Position numbers and translations under genes: made by a program
Origin: Thraustochytrium aureum
Taxonomy: Eukaryota
Direction of reading: 5' to 3'
Assembly: GCA_012862495.1 (NCBI GenBank)
Contig: BLSG01000084.1
Location: 72,526 to 136,525, forward strand
Length of the DNA: 64,000 bases
The notes under the pieces: generated by a model
What the model was told of the DNA's origin: nothing
The model's input: the letters and a program-made list of their open reading frames with translations, nothing else
The model's database searches: none
Shown here: piece after piece, positions 31,649 through 42,991 of the stretch
Position numbering within the stretch: position 1 is the first letter of the stretch
Layout: each line of letters opens with the position of its first letter

Positions 31649-32027
31649 CTTGCTGGCGTTGATGCTGGACGGCCACGACAGTCTCCCAGAGCTTGCGCGG
31701 AGCACGGAGGTAGTGAGGCGCCGCCGACTCGGCTCGTGCGGCGCGGCACCAACGCACCACCCCTGGTCTCGCTCATCAGCAACCAGCGAGAGCACACAAC
31801 CAAAGAAAAGCTATCATTCGTATCATTCGACTTCGTAAAACAGAGAACACCAGCATGCAAAGCTTCCACAGAACGGTCCTGGAGTGAGTACACCCGAAGG
31901 TACTAGTAGTACCAAACATTTTCAGGGCAACGCTACAGTACTCAAATAGGCCTACTCTGCGAGTTGCTCTCTTCATGTACAGGCAAGAGAACACTCGGGA
32001 CATCGCGGTGCCAAACGAACACGCGCG

Positions 32028-35000
32028 TCACTCCGAGGCATGCCGGTGCATGGAATGGCGCTTCGCACCAGCCGTACTTGCGCCGCCTCCCGATACAGAT
32101 TTCAACTTGTCGTCGCCCGGAGCGTCCTTGTCTTGTGTGGCGACCGCTAGCGCTCCCTTTCGGCCCATTTTCTCGGCCTCTTCAAGCAGGGCTGCCGCTG
32201 CCTCGTCGTCAAGGTCGTCTTGGGCCACCCGCCCAGGGTCCTCATTCAGCTCAAGGTTCGCCTGCTCTTCAGACACGTTCTCCTCCTCCTCCTCCTCCAC
32301 CGCCTCCTCCTCCTCCGCCTCCGCCTCTACCTCCGCGGCTAGGGTGGAGGACTTGAGCCCATCGGGCTTGGGTGCATCAGGCCCAACTCCGGGCCTCACG
32401 GCAGTCCCGACATCAGATTCGACCAGGGGCTCGTCTTCCGTCGCCGCCGGTTCTTCGGGCGCTGTCTTCGGCAGAAGAGGCTCGATCTGTGCCAGTTTGA
32501 TCTTGGCCTCCTCCCGCAGCCATTCGATCTCGTTGGCGACTTCGTCGGCGTCGGCCTCTTTCGGGCACTCCTCGGCGGTGGAAAACAACGAAACAAAGCT
32601 CGCGTACGCTGACGCAACAAGCGTGCGAGCTGCCTTCAAACCGCCCGGGGGCGCAAGCAAGAGCTCGAGCTTGCAGAAGGCCGCGAAGGCTTCCTCGACC
32701 TGGTCCAGGTCCATGGCGATGCCGCCCAGCTCAAACAACGCGCGAGCTGCCCACAGCCTGCTCTTTGCCCGCTGTGGGTGGTCTGGGGCTTCCGCAAGGC
32801 TGAGCGCTTGCTCGCATTTATCGAGGGCCTCTGGCAGCCGCCCTAGCGACCGTAGCGCCCGGCAGAGCCCCAGGTGCACCGAGACGTCAAACCAGGGGTC
32901 TGTGGTAAGAACGCTGTCCTGCTCGAGCGCGCTCTGGAAGGAGCTCACAGCGAGGTCCGCATGGCCCTTCTCAAGCTGCAGTTCGCCAAGAAGCGCATAC
33001 GTCTGGCACTTGAGCGGGTGGTGGCCTTCCCCCCTCGACTGCGCGTCCAGGGCCTCTTCAACGAGCCGCTGCGCGTGAGCGAGCTGGCCCTTGCTTCGCA
33101 GCAGTCGGCCCTTTTCGGTAAGAGTGTCTGCAAAGTTGGGGCTGAGGTTGCCGCAGGCCTTGTGGACAGCAAGCGACTCGTCCAAGAGCTCGAGGGCGCG
33201 GTCTGGCTCCCCTTTGGCGCTGGCCACGCGGCCCAAATGCGAAAGCCCCGTTGCAACCAAAAAGTGCTTGGGTGCAAACAAGTGCTCGAGCAGCTGCACG
33301 CCGCGCGCAAAGTACTCGCGCGCCGTCTCTGCCTCTCCTCGGGCCAGGTACAGCTCGCCAAGCTCGAACAGGCTCTCCACCGCGTCCTTGCTCGGCGCGT
33401 GGGTGGCCCAGATTGCTTGCGCCTCCTTGTGCTTTGCAAGCGCGAGGTCGGCCTGGCCCATTCGAACGAGGACGCGCGCAATGATCGCTGTCACGGAGGC
33501 AAAGGTATCGGTCTCCTGCGCCTTGATCGCGGCGAGCACGCCGAGCGCGTCCTCGAGACGGCGCATGGCCTCGAACAGCTTGTTCTGCTCGTTCAGGATG
33601 CGGCCGATCACGGCGCTGCATTTGGCAGCCGCAGTCTTTTCCGCGGCCGACTTGCCGCGCTCGCGGATGGCCAGCGCCTCCTCGGCAAAGATGAGCGCCT
33701 CGCCAGTCTCGCCGCGCTGGCACAGGTTTTCGGCGAGGCTGACGAGGGAATCCGCCACTCGGGGGTGCATCGCCCCAAACGTCTTGCGCTTGACATTGAG
33801 GACTTCCTCTAGCACGCGGGCCTGCTCGGTCAGCTTGACCTGGAACCCGAGCGCGTCAGCGTGCGCCTCGGAGACGTTGACGAGAAGCGCGGCGTAGGCG
33901 TCCGGGTCGCGGCGCCACATCTCGGAGGCAAGGGCGGCGGCATCTTCGAACATTGCGTCCGCCTTGGCAAAATTGCCGAGGTGCGCGTGGCCGGCGGCTA
34001 TGCGCTGCCGCAAGAGAAGCGACTCTTGCGTGGCTGGCGGAGCAGGGCTGGACTTGTCGGACAGGTTGAAGGCCTCCTCTTTCTCCTTCATGACGCGCTC
34101 CTCGAGGGCGGCCTCGAAGGCAGCAAGGCGGCGACAATGTCGCCCTGCTTTTCGCGCACGAGCCCCAAAGTGAAGAGCATGTCGGCGCGCGGGAAGCTTT
34201 CCGCCTTTGCAATGGCGAGCGCCGACTCGAGCTTGGAGGCAGCGCGGTCGAACAGGCCCTGAAGTTGGAGCACTTCTGCGATGTCGGCGAGCGTCTCGAC
34301 CTCGAGACGCCGGTGCGCAGCAGTCTCAGCCTTGCTAGTGGCGTCGGCGCCCCGCGCGCGCTGGGTCGCCAGCACCTGCTCGAAGCTCCGTTCTGCCAGG
34401 GGGTACTTGGCCTGAGCTTTGAGAATTACGGCGGCGCGGCGAAGCGCCTGTGCGATCCGCATATCAGAGGGATCGGAGAGGGTGGACCGGTAAATTGCGA
34501 GCGCCTCGTCGGCGCGCTTGAGAGCCTTGGGCAGCTTGCCCTGGCAGCGGAGCGCTTCGGCGAGGACGAGAATCACATCCGCCACGAGCGGGTCCTTGGT
34601 GGTCCCCAGCTCGCTCTTGAACAGGCGCACAGCCAGCTCGCCCGCGTTGAGCGCGTCCGCGTACTGACGCTGTTTGAGGCGGAGCGCAGCAACGCGGCCG
34701 AGCGTGTTTGCCTCGCGAGTCTTGTCCCCGAGCGCCTGGAACGCGCTCAGGCACAACTTGTACCGCTCGTGAGCCTCAGCGAGGGACCCCGTCGCCTCCA
34801 GCATGCCCGCCACGCTCAGCAAGCAGTCGGCTGTTTCAGAGTCCTTGCTGCCGCGGCGGTGGCGCAGGATCGCCGCTGCCTCCGTGTAGGCGTCCAGCGC
34901 GCCCTTGGCGTCGCCGTCCGCTTCGAGCAGCCTGCCGATGTGGATCAAGCTCTCGGCCACGTCAAGGTGCTCGTCGCCGAGGCGCTCCCGGCGCTTCTCG

Positions 35001-37279
35001 AGCACGCGACGGTGGTCCTCGAGCGCGAGGCGCGACTTTTCGTCTTGCTCGAGCAGCTTGGCCAGTTCGTACTCGGTGACGGAGACAAGCGGATGGTCGA
35101 GGTCTTGGCCCATGCAGAGCTTCCACAGCCCCATCGCGTGGTTGAAGTTGTGGCGGGCCTTGTCCAATTGGCCCAGCGCGGCGTGTCCGCGCCCCACAGT
35201 GGTCAGGAAGAACGGCACTCGCGGGTGCTCGCTGCGCGGGTCGCGCAGGCGAGCGATGCGGAGCGCCTCTTGCGCTACAGCAATCCCCTTGTCTGGGAGG
35301 CCAGCTTCGACGAGCGCAAGTGCGGTTGAGCCCAGGATGTCCGCGACGCTCGGGTGCGTGCGGCCGAGCCGCTCACGGCGAATCTCCAGCACCTGCTCAA
35401 AGCGCTCGAGAGCCTCTTCGAGGCTTCCTTGCGCCAACAAGCTGTGGCCCAGATTGCTCAGCGCGTTGGCAACGACGACCATTCCGACAAGGGAGGCCCC
35501 GCCGCTCTCCAGCTTGGCGTGTTCTTTGGCGACGGTGAGCGCCGAGACGCTGAGCTGCTGGGCATCCTTGTGGTCGCCGATTGCGCTGTAGACGGTGGCA
35601 ACGTTGACCATGCTTTGCGCAACCAGAGGGCTCTCCGTGCCGAGAACTTTGCGACGCAGCATGAGGCCCTGTTGGAGGCATTCTAGCGCGTCTTCAAACT
35701 GGCCCCGCTGCGCGAGCGTGGACCCCAGGTCGTCGAGAACCCGCGCGGTTTTTGCCTCTTTGTCCAAGCCCAATTTCTGCGCTCGCCGCAGGGTTTCCTC
35801 TGCCGCCACAAAGTCTCCTTGTTCGAGCAGGATGCGCCCTCGGATGCTCACCAGGTCGGCAAGCGAGATGGCAGATTGGCGGCCGGGCAACGCGTCGTTC
35901 CACAGGGCGACGGCGTCGCTGATTGTCCGCGAGAGCCAGGCGTTGAGGGCGGTGAAAATCCTCGCCTCCATGCCCTCCCATCCACCGGCTATGTGCGACT
36001 CGACGATGCGGTTGACAACCTCGACATCCAGACGCGCGGACCGGGACCGCGGCGTCTGAGCTGCCAGTTGGGCGGGCCCACCTTTGGTGGTGCTTTTTGA
36101 GCGAGCTTTGCCGCCGCGCACGCGTGGGGCGGGCTTGGCCTCCCGGATGTCCACGGCGAAGGCTTGATGCGTGACGCCGTCAAAGTCGCTCGCCATGCCT
36201 TGGACGAAGCGTTTGAACTGCTCGGCGGGGCTGAACAGGCTCATCGAAAAGCCGAGCTTGTTCTCCACGGCGACGCTCATCGAATGCAGCTCGCACATGC
36301 AGCGCAGGTCCGCCAGCACCTCCAAGGGCTCGTCCAGCCGGCTCACATACACAAGGCAGTCGCCAAAGTGGCTTATGGCGAACTCGTAATCTTGCTCGAG
36401 GAGCGTGGTGTACTTGCTCCGCCTCCTGTCTCCACTGCCGCTGCTTGCCAAGCTGTCGCCGCTTCCGCCGGAGATGCGCTTCAGGCCTTTTGAGATACTC
36501 GTCCGCGCTCTGGACCCAGCGCCGCCCGTGGGGCCTCCGAGCACTTCGACAAAGCCAGAAGGGCCCTTGCCGGCGCCGGCGCCGGCGCCGCGCGTCCCCC
36601 CGCCAGAGCTAGTGCTCGCGCCGCCTCTCGCGCTTTCGCTTGGTCCAGAGGCTTTGTAGACCAGGGCGTCAATGAACACAAACGAGTCGAACGGGTTGCG
36701 CCCCTCGGAGCGAAGGTGGTCCACGAGGGCGACGACGAGATCGTGAAAGTTTGTCGACTCGACATAGCACACGAATGACCCCTCAAAGGGCTCGCCAATC
36801 GCCTCCTCTGGGAAGGTAAAAGGGCCTTGCAGCGTCTGCGCGTCGATGCGGCGGAAGATAAACTGGCCGACGTCCTCCACGGACCAGGAGCGGCGGTCTT
36901 TGTAGACGAGCTGCCGCGAGTCCACACTAAACTCGCCAATGCCGGGGACCTCGACGAGCACCTTGCCTGTCAGCCCGATCTGCTTTTTAAGCATTGCGGT
37001 GGTGCCTTTCGGTAGGTGCGCGTTCATTCCGTCGCGGATCCTGTACGAGTCCTCGAAGGCGTACAGCTCGACATCTGGGGCGATCTCGCCCTTTTCAAGC
37101 CGCTGCATAAAGTTGAGCAGCGCTTGCGCGGGCACGCCGCGGAACCGATTGTCGCCGCTCGCCATGGCTTCTAGTTGTTGCTTGAGCGACTCCAGCTCGC
37201 TTTGCCTGCTGTCTGACCGGCGCACCGACGACCGGTTGAGCGAGGTCAGCGACCGAATGCTGGACCTGACCTTCTTCAT
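32028..37279 (-). CDS. ~1750-aa protein: N-terminal TIR/HET-like domain plus a long array of kinesin-light-chain-type TPR repeats and an acidic tail; frameshift near 34127
   Basis: ~42-aa TPRs (e.g. LSNLGHSLLAQGSLEEALERFEQVLEIRRERLGRTHPSVA). ORFs 34088-37279 and 32028-34091 join as DIVAALAAFEAALEERVMKEKEE when one C is added. Confidence 0.85.
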
Positions 37280-38289
37280 CGTGCCCGCCTCGCACCCGTG
37301 GCGCCTCTCCCCTGCTCCGCCAGCCCCTCAACTTGGTGACCACGGCCAGCCACGCCCTCTGCGGCGCAGGCTGCGTCTCCTTCCTCGAATCGTCGTCGAA
37401 TCGCCGCCGTCGCACCACGGCCACGTGTGCGCCAACACCACCACCAAACAAACGAACGCAACAACAGTGAGTGAGTAGCCTCTCGACAAGGTGCCAGTGC
37501 TCGCGATCGCGCCAGACCAGCCGGCGGAACCGACCGAGCTCCAGCCTTCGACGCCGGTCCTGGCAGCGAGAGCAGCCCTGGGCGCAGCGCGCGCGCGCAG
37601 CCTCCCGCCCCCTCCCTCCTCCGCCGCCGCCTCCGCCTCCTCCGCTCCTGCTCGAGCCGCGCCCGGCGCTTGTCCGTGCGTCCGTCCTCCTCCACTTGGG
37701 GCTCTGCTGGTCGCCTGCCTGCCTCTCTCGCTGCCTGCTTGCTCGCCTGTCCAAATTNNNNNNNNNNNNNNNNNNNNNNNNNNNNNNNNNNNNNNNNNNN
37801 NNNNNNNNNNNNNNNNNNNNNNNNNNNNNNNNNNNNNNNNNNNNNNNNNNNNNNNNNNNNNNNNNNNNNNNNNNNNNNNNNNNNNNNNNNNNNNNNNNNN
37901 NNNGTCTGCTCCAGCAGTGTCAATCTGTGGGCATGCGTGCACGCCCTTTTCACGCGCGCACCTTGCGAAGGCGTTCCCCAAACGGGATCCAAACGCACTG
38001 CGCGCCAAGGTTGCGCCGCTGGGCCGGGCGGAACGGCGAACTCGGGAACGATCCCCGGCAAGCGCCGCGCGGCGGCGCGAATAGGTGAGCGAGCGCTGCT
38101 GGGCCGGTCGGCCCCTTGGGAGCGGGAGCGGAGTCTCGTTCGATTCTGGAGCGGGTGTTTTTGTAAGCGCGCGGGTTCCGCGCTCCGATTGCTGAATTCT
38201 CTCGGCGTTGTGAGGGCGTCCAAGTGGACTGCTCTGTGCCCACCTGCAGCGCATACGAGGCCCTGAGGAGGAAACAGCATGCACGGCGG

Positions 38290-40023
38290 TCAAGAGTCGC
38301 ATGCACAAGTGCACAACAGTTTATAGAGGGCAAACCTAACTGAAAACCTAACTGAAAACCTAACTGAAAACCTAACTGGAATTAAGTTGCGGGGCGGTCG
38401 ACGCGCCATCGTTTTTGTAGAAAGAATTCTTTTCTTCAGTTCAGGTGTTGCAGGAGTCAGTTGAAGACGCACTGGCGCGCCACCCGCTGCGCTCGCTCTG
38501 GCCGAGCCGCGCGCGGACCGCGAGCTAGCTGCGGCGAAGGACGAGGCGAGCGTCGCTGCGGCGGCGCGGATCTCCCTGCCGCGACCCTTGACGGGGTCGC
38601 GGCCCGCCACGGACGCGCCGCGCGCTGAGCTGGAAAACGGCGCTGGCTGCGCCGGCCCTGCTGGCAGGTCTTTGAAACTGTCTGGGCTGGCCTTGCTCGA
38701 AAGCGGCGCTGGCTGCGCCGGCCCTGCTGGCTGGTAATTACAGCTGTCTCTGCTAGACTTGCTCGGCGGCTTTCGAGCTGCGGTGGCCCGCAGGTCCACC
38801 TCGGCGCCAGGCACCCCGCTGTGCCAACTAGAGGCTCGCGATCCGCAAAGCAAAGCCGCGCTCGAAGCCCCGGCGGACGCCGGTCGGTCCCGGGCACCCC
38901 GTGAGGCCACGCGTCGGAACGCCTCGGAAGAAGCTGGACGAGGAGGCGACCGGGCTGAGCTGTTGCGCCGCCCCTCAACTTGCCACACGCTGGCCCCCAC
39001 GCGCACGGTTTGCGCGTTTCTCAGCGCCCCTCGCAGGCCCGTATCGGCCTCGCCGGCCAGCTCCCACAGCGTGGCTCCTTGCTGCTCGCACAACAAGCCG
39101 AGTGCCCCTTGAAAGACGGCAAACGTGGCACTTGCTGTCAGGGCTGCAGCCAGTTCAGCTTGACCGCTGGTGGCATCGGCACCGCCATGGAACTTGGGCC
39201 AGCCTAGTCGCGAGCCGCGAGCTGCAGGCCGGGAGAGGAGGAGGGCAGTCGACGGCCTACCAAGCCGAGACGCAACGACGAGCTCCCAAACGCTCCACGG
39301 CTGGGCCTCAAACGACGTCCCTGACTTGTCGTTCAAGATGACCACGTGCGCCTGGCAGTCGCGAAACGCGGCGCAGAGGGCGCCGCCCTCGGACATTGCG
39401 CTTGCGAGCGACGCTGCGCTGCACCTTCCAACAGCTTTGTGGTTGACCCCAAAGACCTCGAGCCACACGAAGCGGAGACCGGCCTGCTTGAAAGCGCCAA
39501 GGACGTCGCGGAGGCTTGTTGCTCGCGAGACGGTGCACACCACGCCAGACGCCGCGGCGGCCACGTCAGCACCGCTCAGCCGCGCAGAGTAAGCCTCGCC
39601 GATGTCGCTGCTCGCGAGGCAAACATAGTTCAGAACATCACCGAGTTCCCAGAGCACCCTGGGCTTGTACTCGACGAGGTCTTGGTCCACCTCGACGCTG
39701 CGACCGTCAGGGAGCTCGAGGCGCACCGTCAGGGCGCCTTGTTCACTAGGGTCGATGAGCCGCGCAGTCGTGCCAGGCTGCAGACTTTCCTCGAACGCTT
39801 CCGTTTTTCGCTTGAAGCGGTACAGCACGACGCCAGGTGCGCTGGTGCCGCTCTCGACGCTTGCCGCGAACCTTTCGAGCCACGCAACACTGACTGCCCT
39901 AGCGTCTGTCAGTTGGCGTGCCGCCTGAGAGCTCGTTCGCTCTGCCTCGCGCTCGTCCAAGGGCGTCCAGACGAGGTTGCCTTTGCCCCGTTGCCGCCGG
40001 GACCGACGCCGCGCCACATGCAT
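38290..40023 (-). CDS. Paralogue of the N-terminal domain of the adjacent TPR protein, without TPRs, with a disordered C-terminus
   Basis: APGVVLYRF..LQPGTTARL..VEVDQDLVEYKPRVLWELGDV aligns with APDVELYAF..LPKGTTAML..FSVDSRQLVYKDRRSWSVEDV; also FVWLEVFGVNH and PWSVWEL. Confidence 0.7.
   Translation of the reverse strand: MHVARRRSRRQRGKGNLVWTPLDEREAERTSSQAARQLTDARAVSVAWLERFAASVESGTSAPGVVLYRFKRKTEAFEESLQPGTTARLIDPSEQGALTVRLELPDGRSVEVDQDLVEYKPRVLWELGDVLNYVCLASSDIGEAYSARLSGADVAAAASGVVCTVSRATSLRDVLGAFKQAGLRFVWLEVFGVNHKAVGRCSAASLASAMSEGGALCAAFRDCQAHVVILNDKSGTSFEAQPWSVWELVVASRLGRPSTALLLSRPAARGSRLGWPKFHGGADATSGQAELAAALTASATFAVFQGALGLLCEQQGATLWELAGEADTGLRGALRNAQTVRVGASVWQVEGRRNSSARSPPRPASSEAFRRVASRGARDRPASAGASSAALLCGSRASSWHSGVPGAEVDLRATAARKPPSKSSRDSCNYQPAGPAQPAPLSSKASPDSFKDLPAGPAQPAPFSSSARGASVAGRDPVKGRGREIRAAAATLASSFAAASSRSARGSARASAAGGAPVRLQLTPATPELKKRILSTKTMARRPPRNLIPVRFSVRFSVRFSVRFALYKLLCTCACDS
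38332..38378. repeat. 12-bp tandem repeat (AAAACCTAACTG), ~4 copies
   Basis: aaacctaactgaaaacctaactgaaaacctaactgaaaacctaactg. Confidence 0.9.
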
Positions 40024-40261
40024 TTCTGTTGTGCGCGACTTCAAGTCTGCGCTCGCTCTCCTTCAATTTGGCCAATCCAGCAGGCAGCCGCACTCGCCCG
40101 ACCACTCCGCCGAGCGGATTCCAAGGGCCTTTCTCTGCAATGCTGCTTGCTGCTGCTTGCGGCATTGCTGCTGCAACAAGCTCCGTTGCCTGGCTCGCTT
40201 GAGCGGCCCATCATGTATCATGTCAACAAGAAGAAGAAGGCGCGTGCACGCGCTGGTGGCC

Positions 40262-41713
40262 TCACCTGATCAGTGACGAGCGCGCGCGAACCTCGAGGTC
40301 GGCTTCCCAATCGTCGTGAGACGCAAACGATCGAGACAACCGCGTGGTGAGCCGTGTTCTTCGCCAGGAACGGAAGCAGAATCGCCGTTTTGTGCCGCTC
40401 GTCCCAGCCTCGCAGCATCGCCGAGCTCTCCTGACTCGAGATCGAGGAGGATCTTCCTTGCCTGACGGGTGAGCTGGAGGGCCGCGGCAGCGCAGCCAGC
40501 CACTTGGCAACCAGCCAACCACTGGCACGCTGGTTGCTGGCGCACACCACATCCGCGAGTTCACGGCATTTTCGTCCCCTGGCTCGGAGCAGAGCAAACA
40601 ACTCGTGAGCTGGGCCAGCAGCTGCGAGCGCGACAACAGCAGGCAAGCGCGTGGCGCACGATGCGGAGCGGATTGCTCGATCCGGTGCTGGGCCCAACGT
40701 GTGGTTGCGAGTCGGATCCTCCTCTGAACTCGGAGAGCGAGCTCGGACTGGGGGACGGCTCCTGCGAGACTTGCGGCGACTGTCAACATGCTGGTACTCG
40801 AGTTCTCACAACAAATCAATCTCATTTCAACAAAGGCGAATCCTCCGCTGAGCCGGTCGGGCGCGCTACGACGGTCCGCTCCCCACTACAGGCGCGCACG
40901 CACGCGACGCTGGCGACGCGGCCGCTGACGATTGTCTCCAAGACCTGGGCAACAAGAATGTCCCCACGCGTTGGCGGGGCGCTCTCTGCAGACGGTTCGG
41001 ACGTCGGGGACGATATTGAACGAAACATGGCGTACAGCGGGTTTGGGATGCCCTGCAGCGCGCCGAAAGCAAAGCTACAGGACCCGCCCGCGAGGCTGCC
41101 ACTGACACGGCGCCCACCTAGTTTTCCAGTAGCATGCACGCCCGTAAAGTCGAATGTCTCCCGCAAGAAAAGCGACGCCATCGAGTCGAGCGGCGGCCAA
41201 ACGGCGAGCGTGGCGCTCGCCTCGTGCACCCAAAGCCCAGGAGCGAGTGCGTTGGAAAAGTAGGCGTTGAAACGCAGCAGTTGCAGGCCGTCCTTTTGAA
41301 CGAGCCCGATCTTGGTGCAAATGTAGCCGGGAATCTGCTCGAGCTCCTCTTCAAGAGAAATGTCGGCAAACTCGCACCAGAGGTCGACGAGGTCGCTGCG
41401 ATCCTCAGCTGGGGCCTGGCCATCGAGAATCAAATCAACAGACACGGCGCTTGCTGGCCGGGGCGTCACGGCCCGCGCTCCCAGCTCTTGCAAAAGCTCA
41501 GCGCCGCCCGCGGGCTCGAGGACTGCCTGCATCGTCCACCGTTGGCTCGCTGGCAACTTCCAGGTGCCCCAGGCCGCCTCGACAGTAAAGTGTCTCAGGG
41601 GACTCGAGGGACCAACAGACCGGAGAGCCCAGTCCCAGTTGCGACGTAGAAAGCAGAGCGCGTCAATCTTGACGCGCAGGAGAGCGAGCTTCCAGGGCGC
41701 CCATGCCACATCA
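40262..41713 (-). CDS. Hypothetical protein (frameshift near 40825; 5' end in gap); weak resemblance to TopoVIB-like proteins
   Basis: Abutting ORFs 40822-41709 and 40262-40825 with globular composition. Confidence 0.45.
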
Positions 41714-42991
41714 NNNNNNNNNNNNNNNNNNNNNNNNNNNNNNNNNNNNNNNNNNNNNNNNNNNNNNNNNNNNNNNNNNNNNNNNNNNNNNNNNNNNNNN
41801 NNNNNNNNNNNNNNNNNNNNNNNNNNNNNNNNNNNNNNNNNNNNNNNNNNNNNNNNNNNNNNNNNNNNNNNNNNNNNNNNNNNNNNNNNNNNNNNNNNNN
41901 NNNNNNNNNNNNNNNNNNNNNNNNNNNNNNNNNNNNNNNNNNNNNNNNNNNNNNNNNNNNNNNNNNNNNNNNNNNNNNNNNNNNNNNNNNNNNNNNNNNN
42001 NNNNNNNNNNNNNNNNNNNNNNNNNNNNNNNNNNNNNNNNNNNNNNNNNNNNNNNNNNNNNNNNNNNNNNNNNNNNNNNNNNNNNNNNNNNNNNNNNNNN
42101 NNNNNNNNNNNNNNNNNNNNNNNNNNNNNNNNNNNNNNNNNNNNNNNNNNNNNNNNNNNNNNNNNNNNNNNNNNNNNNNNNNNNNNNNNNNNNNNNNNNN
42201 NNNNNNNNNNNNNNNNNNNNNNNNNNNNNNNNNNNNNNNNNNNNNNNNNNNNNNNNNNNNNNNNNNNNNNNNNNNNNNNNNNNNNNNNNNNNNNNNNNNN
42301 NNNNNNNNNNNNNNNNNNNNNNNNNNNNNNNNNNNNNNNNNNNNNNNNNNNNNNNNNNNNNNNNNNNNNNNNNNNNNNNNNNNNNNNNNNNNNNNNNNNN
42401 NNNNNNNNNNNNNNNNNNNNNNNNNNNNNNNNNNNNNNNNNNNNNNNNNNNNNNNNNNNNNNNNNNNNNNNNNNNCAAGCTTGAAGGCTGCACTGCGGCG
42501 TTTATTTCCCGTGCTTCTTTCTTCCCACTACCTTCTCGTCAACATTGTGGAGCAGAGTTGCCGGCTCGCGACCTCCAACGCCAGCTGTTCGATGTTCAAT
42601 CCTCCCTTCGCACCAACCACAGCGTTACTACCCAACCTGATCCACCCTTGCCTCTTCACCTTTACTGCGCTAAAGCCCACGGCGCGACCTCACAGCGCTT
42701 GTACTAGAGCCGGCATGAACGGTCCCGGCGTGCCGCCTGTCCCCCACTCACGAAAAGGTGCACCCCTGGCAGGCTTGCACAAACGAGGTTGCCCCTTGCT
42801 TGCACATCGGAGCTCGGGCGCAAGGCTACATCTCTGCGCTCGTGAAGCCTTGCGCCCGTGAAAGCCCGCCTGAGCGGGCTTCATCAGGAGTCAACACAAT
42901 CGTGCACATTTCAATTGAATGGGCGAGTCCACTTTTTCCGAGACAAAGGTAAGCGGCGTAGAGCAATTCCATGCCAAGCCAGCAACCAACA

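Noticed and set aside
38332..38378. Telomeric or interstitial telomere array
   Set aside because: The unit is 12 bp AAAACCTAACTG, not CCCTAA/CCCTAAA, and there are only ~4 copies.
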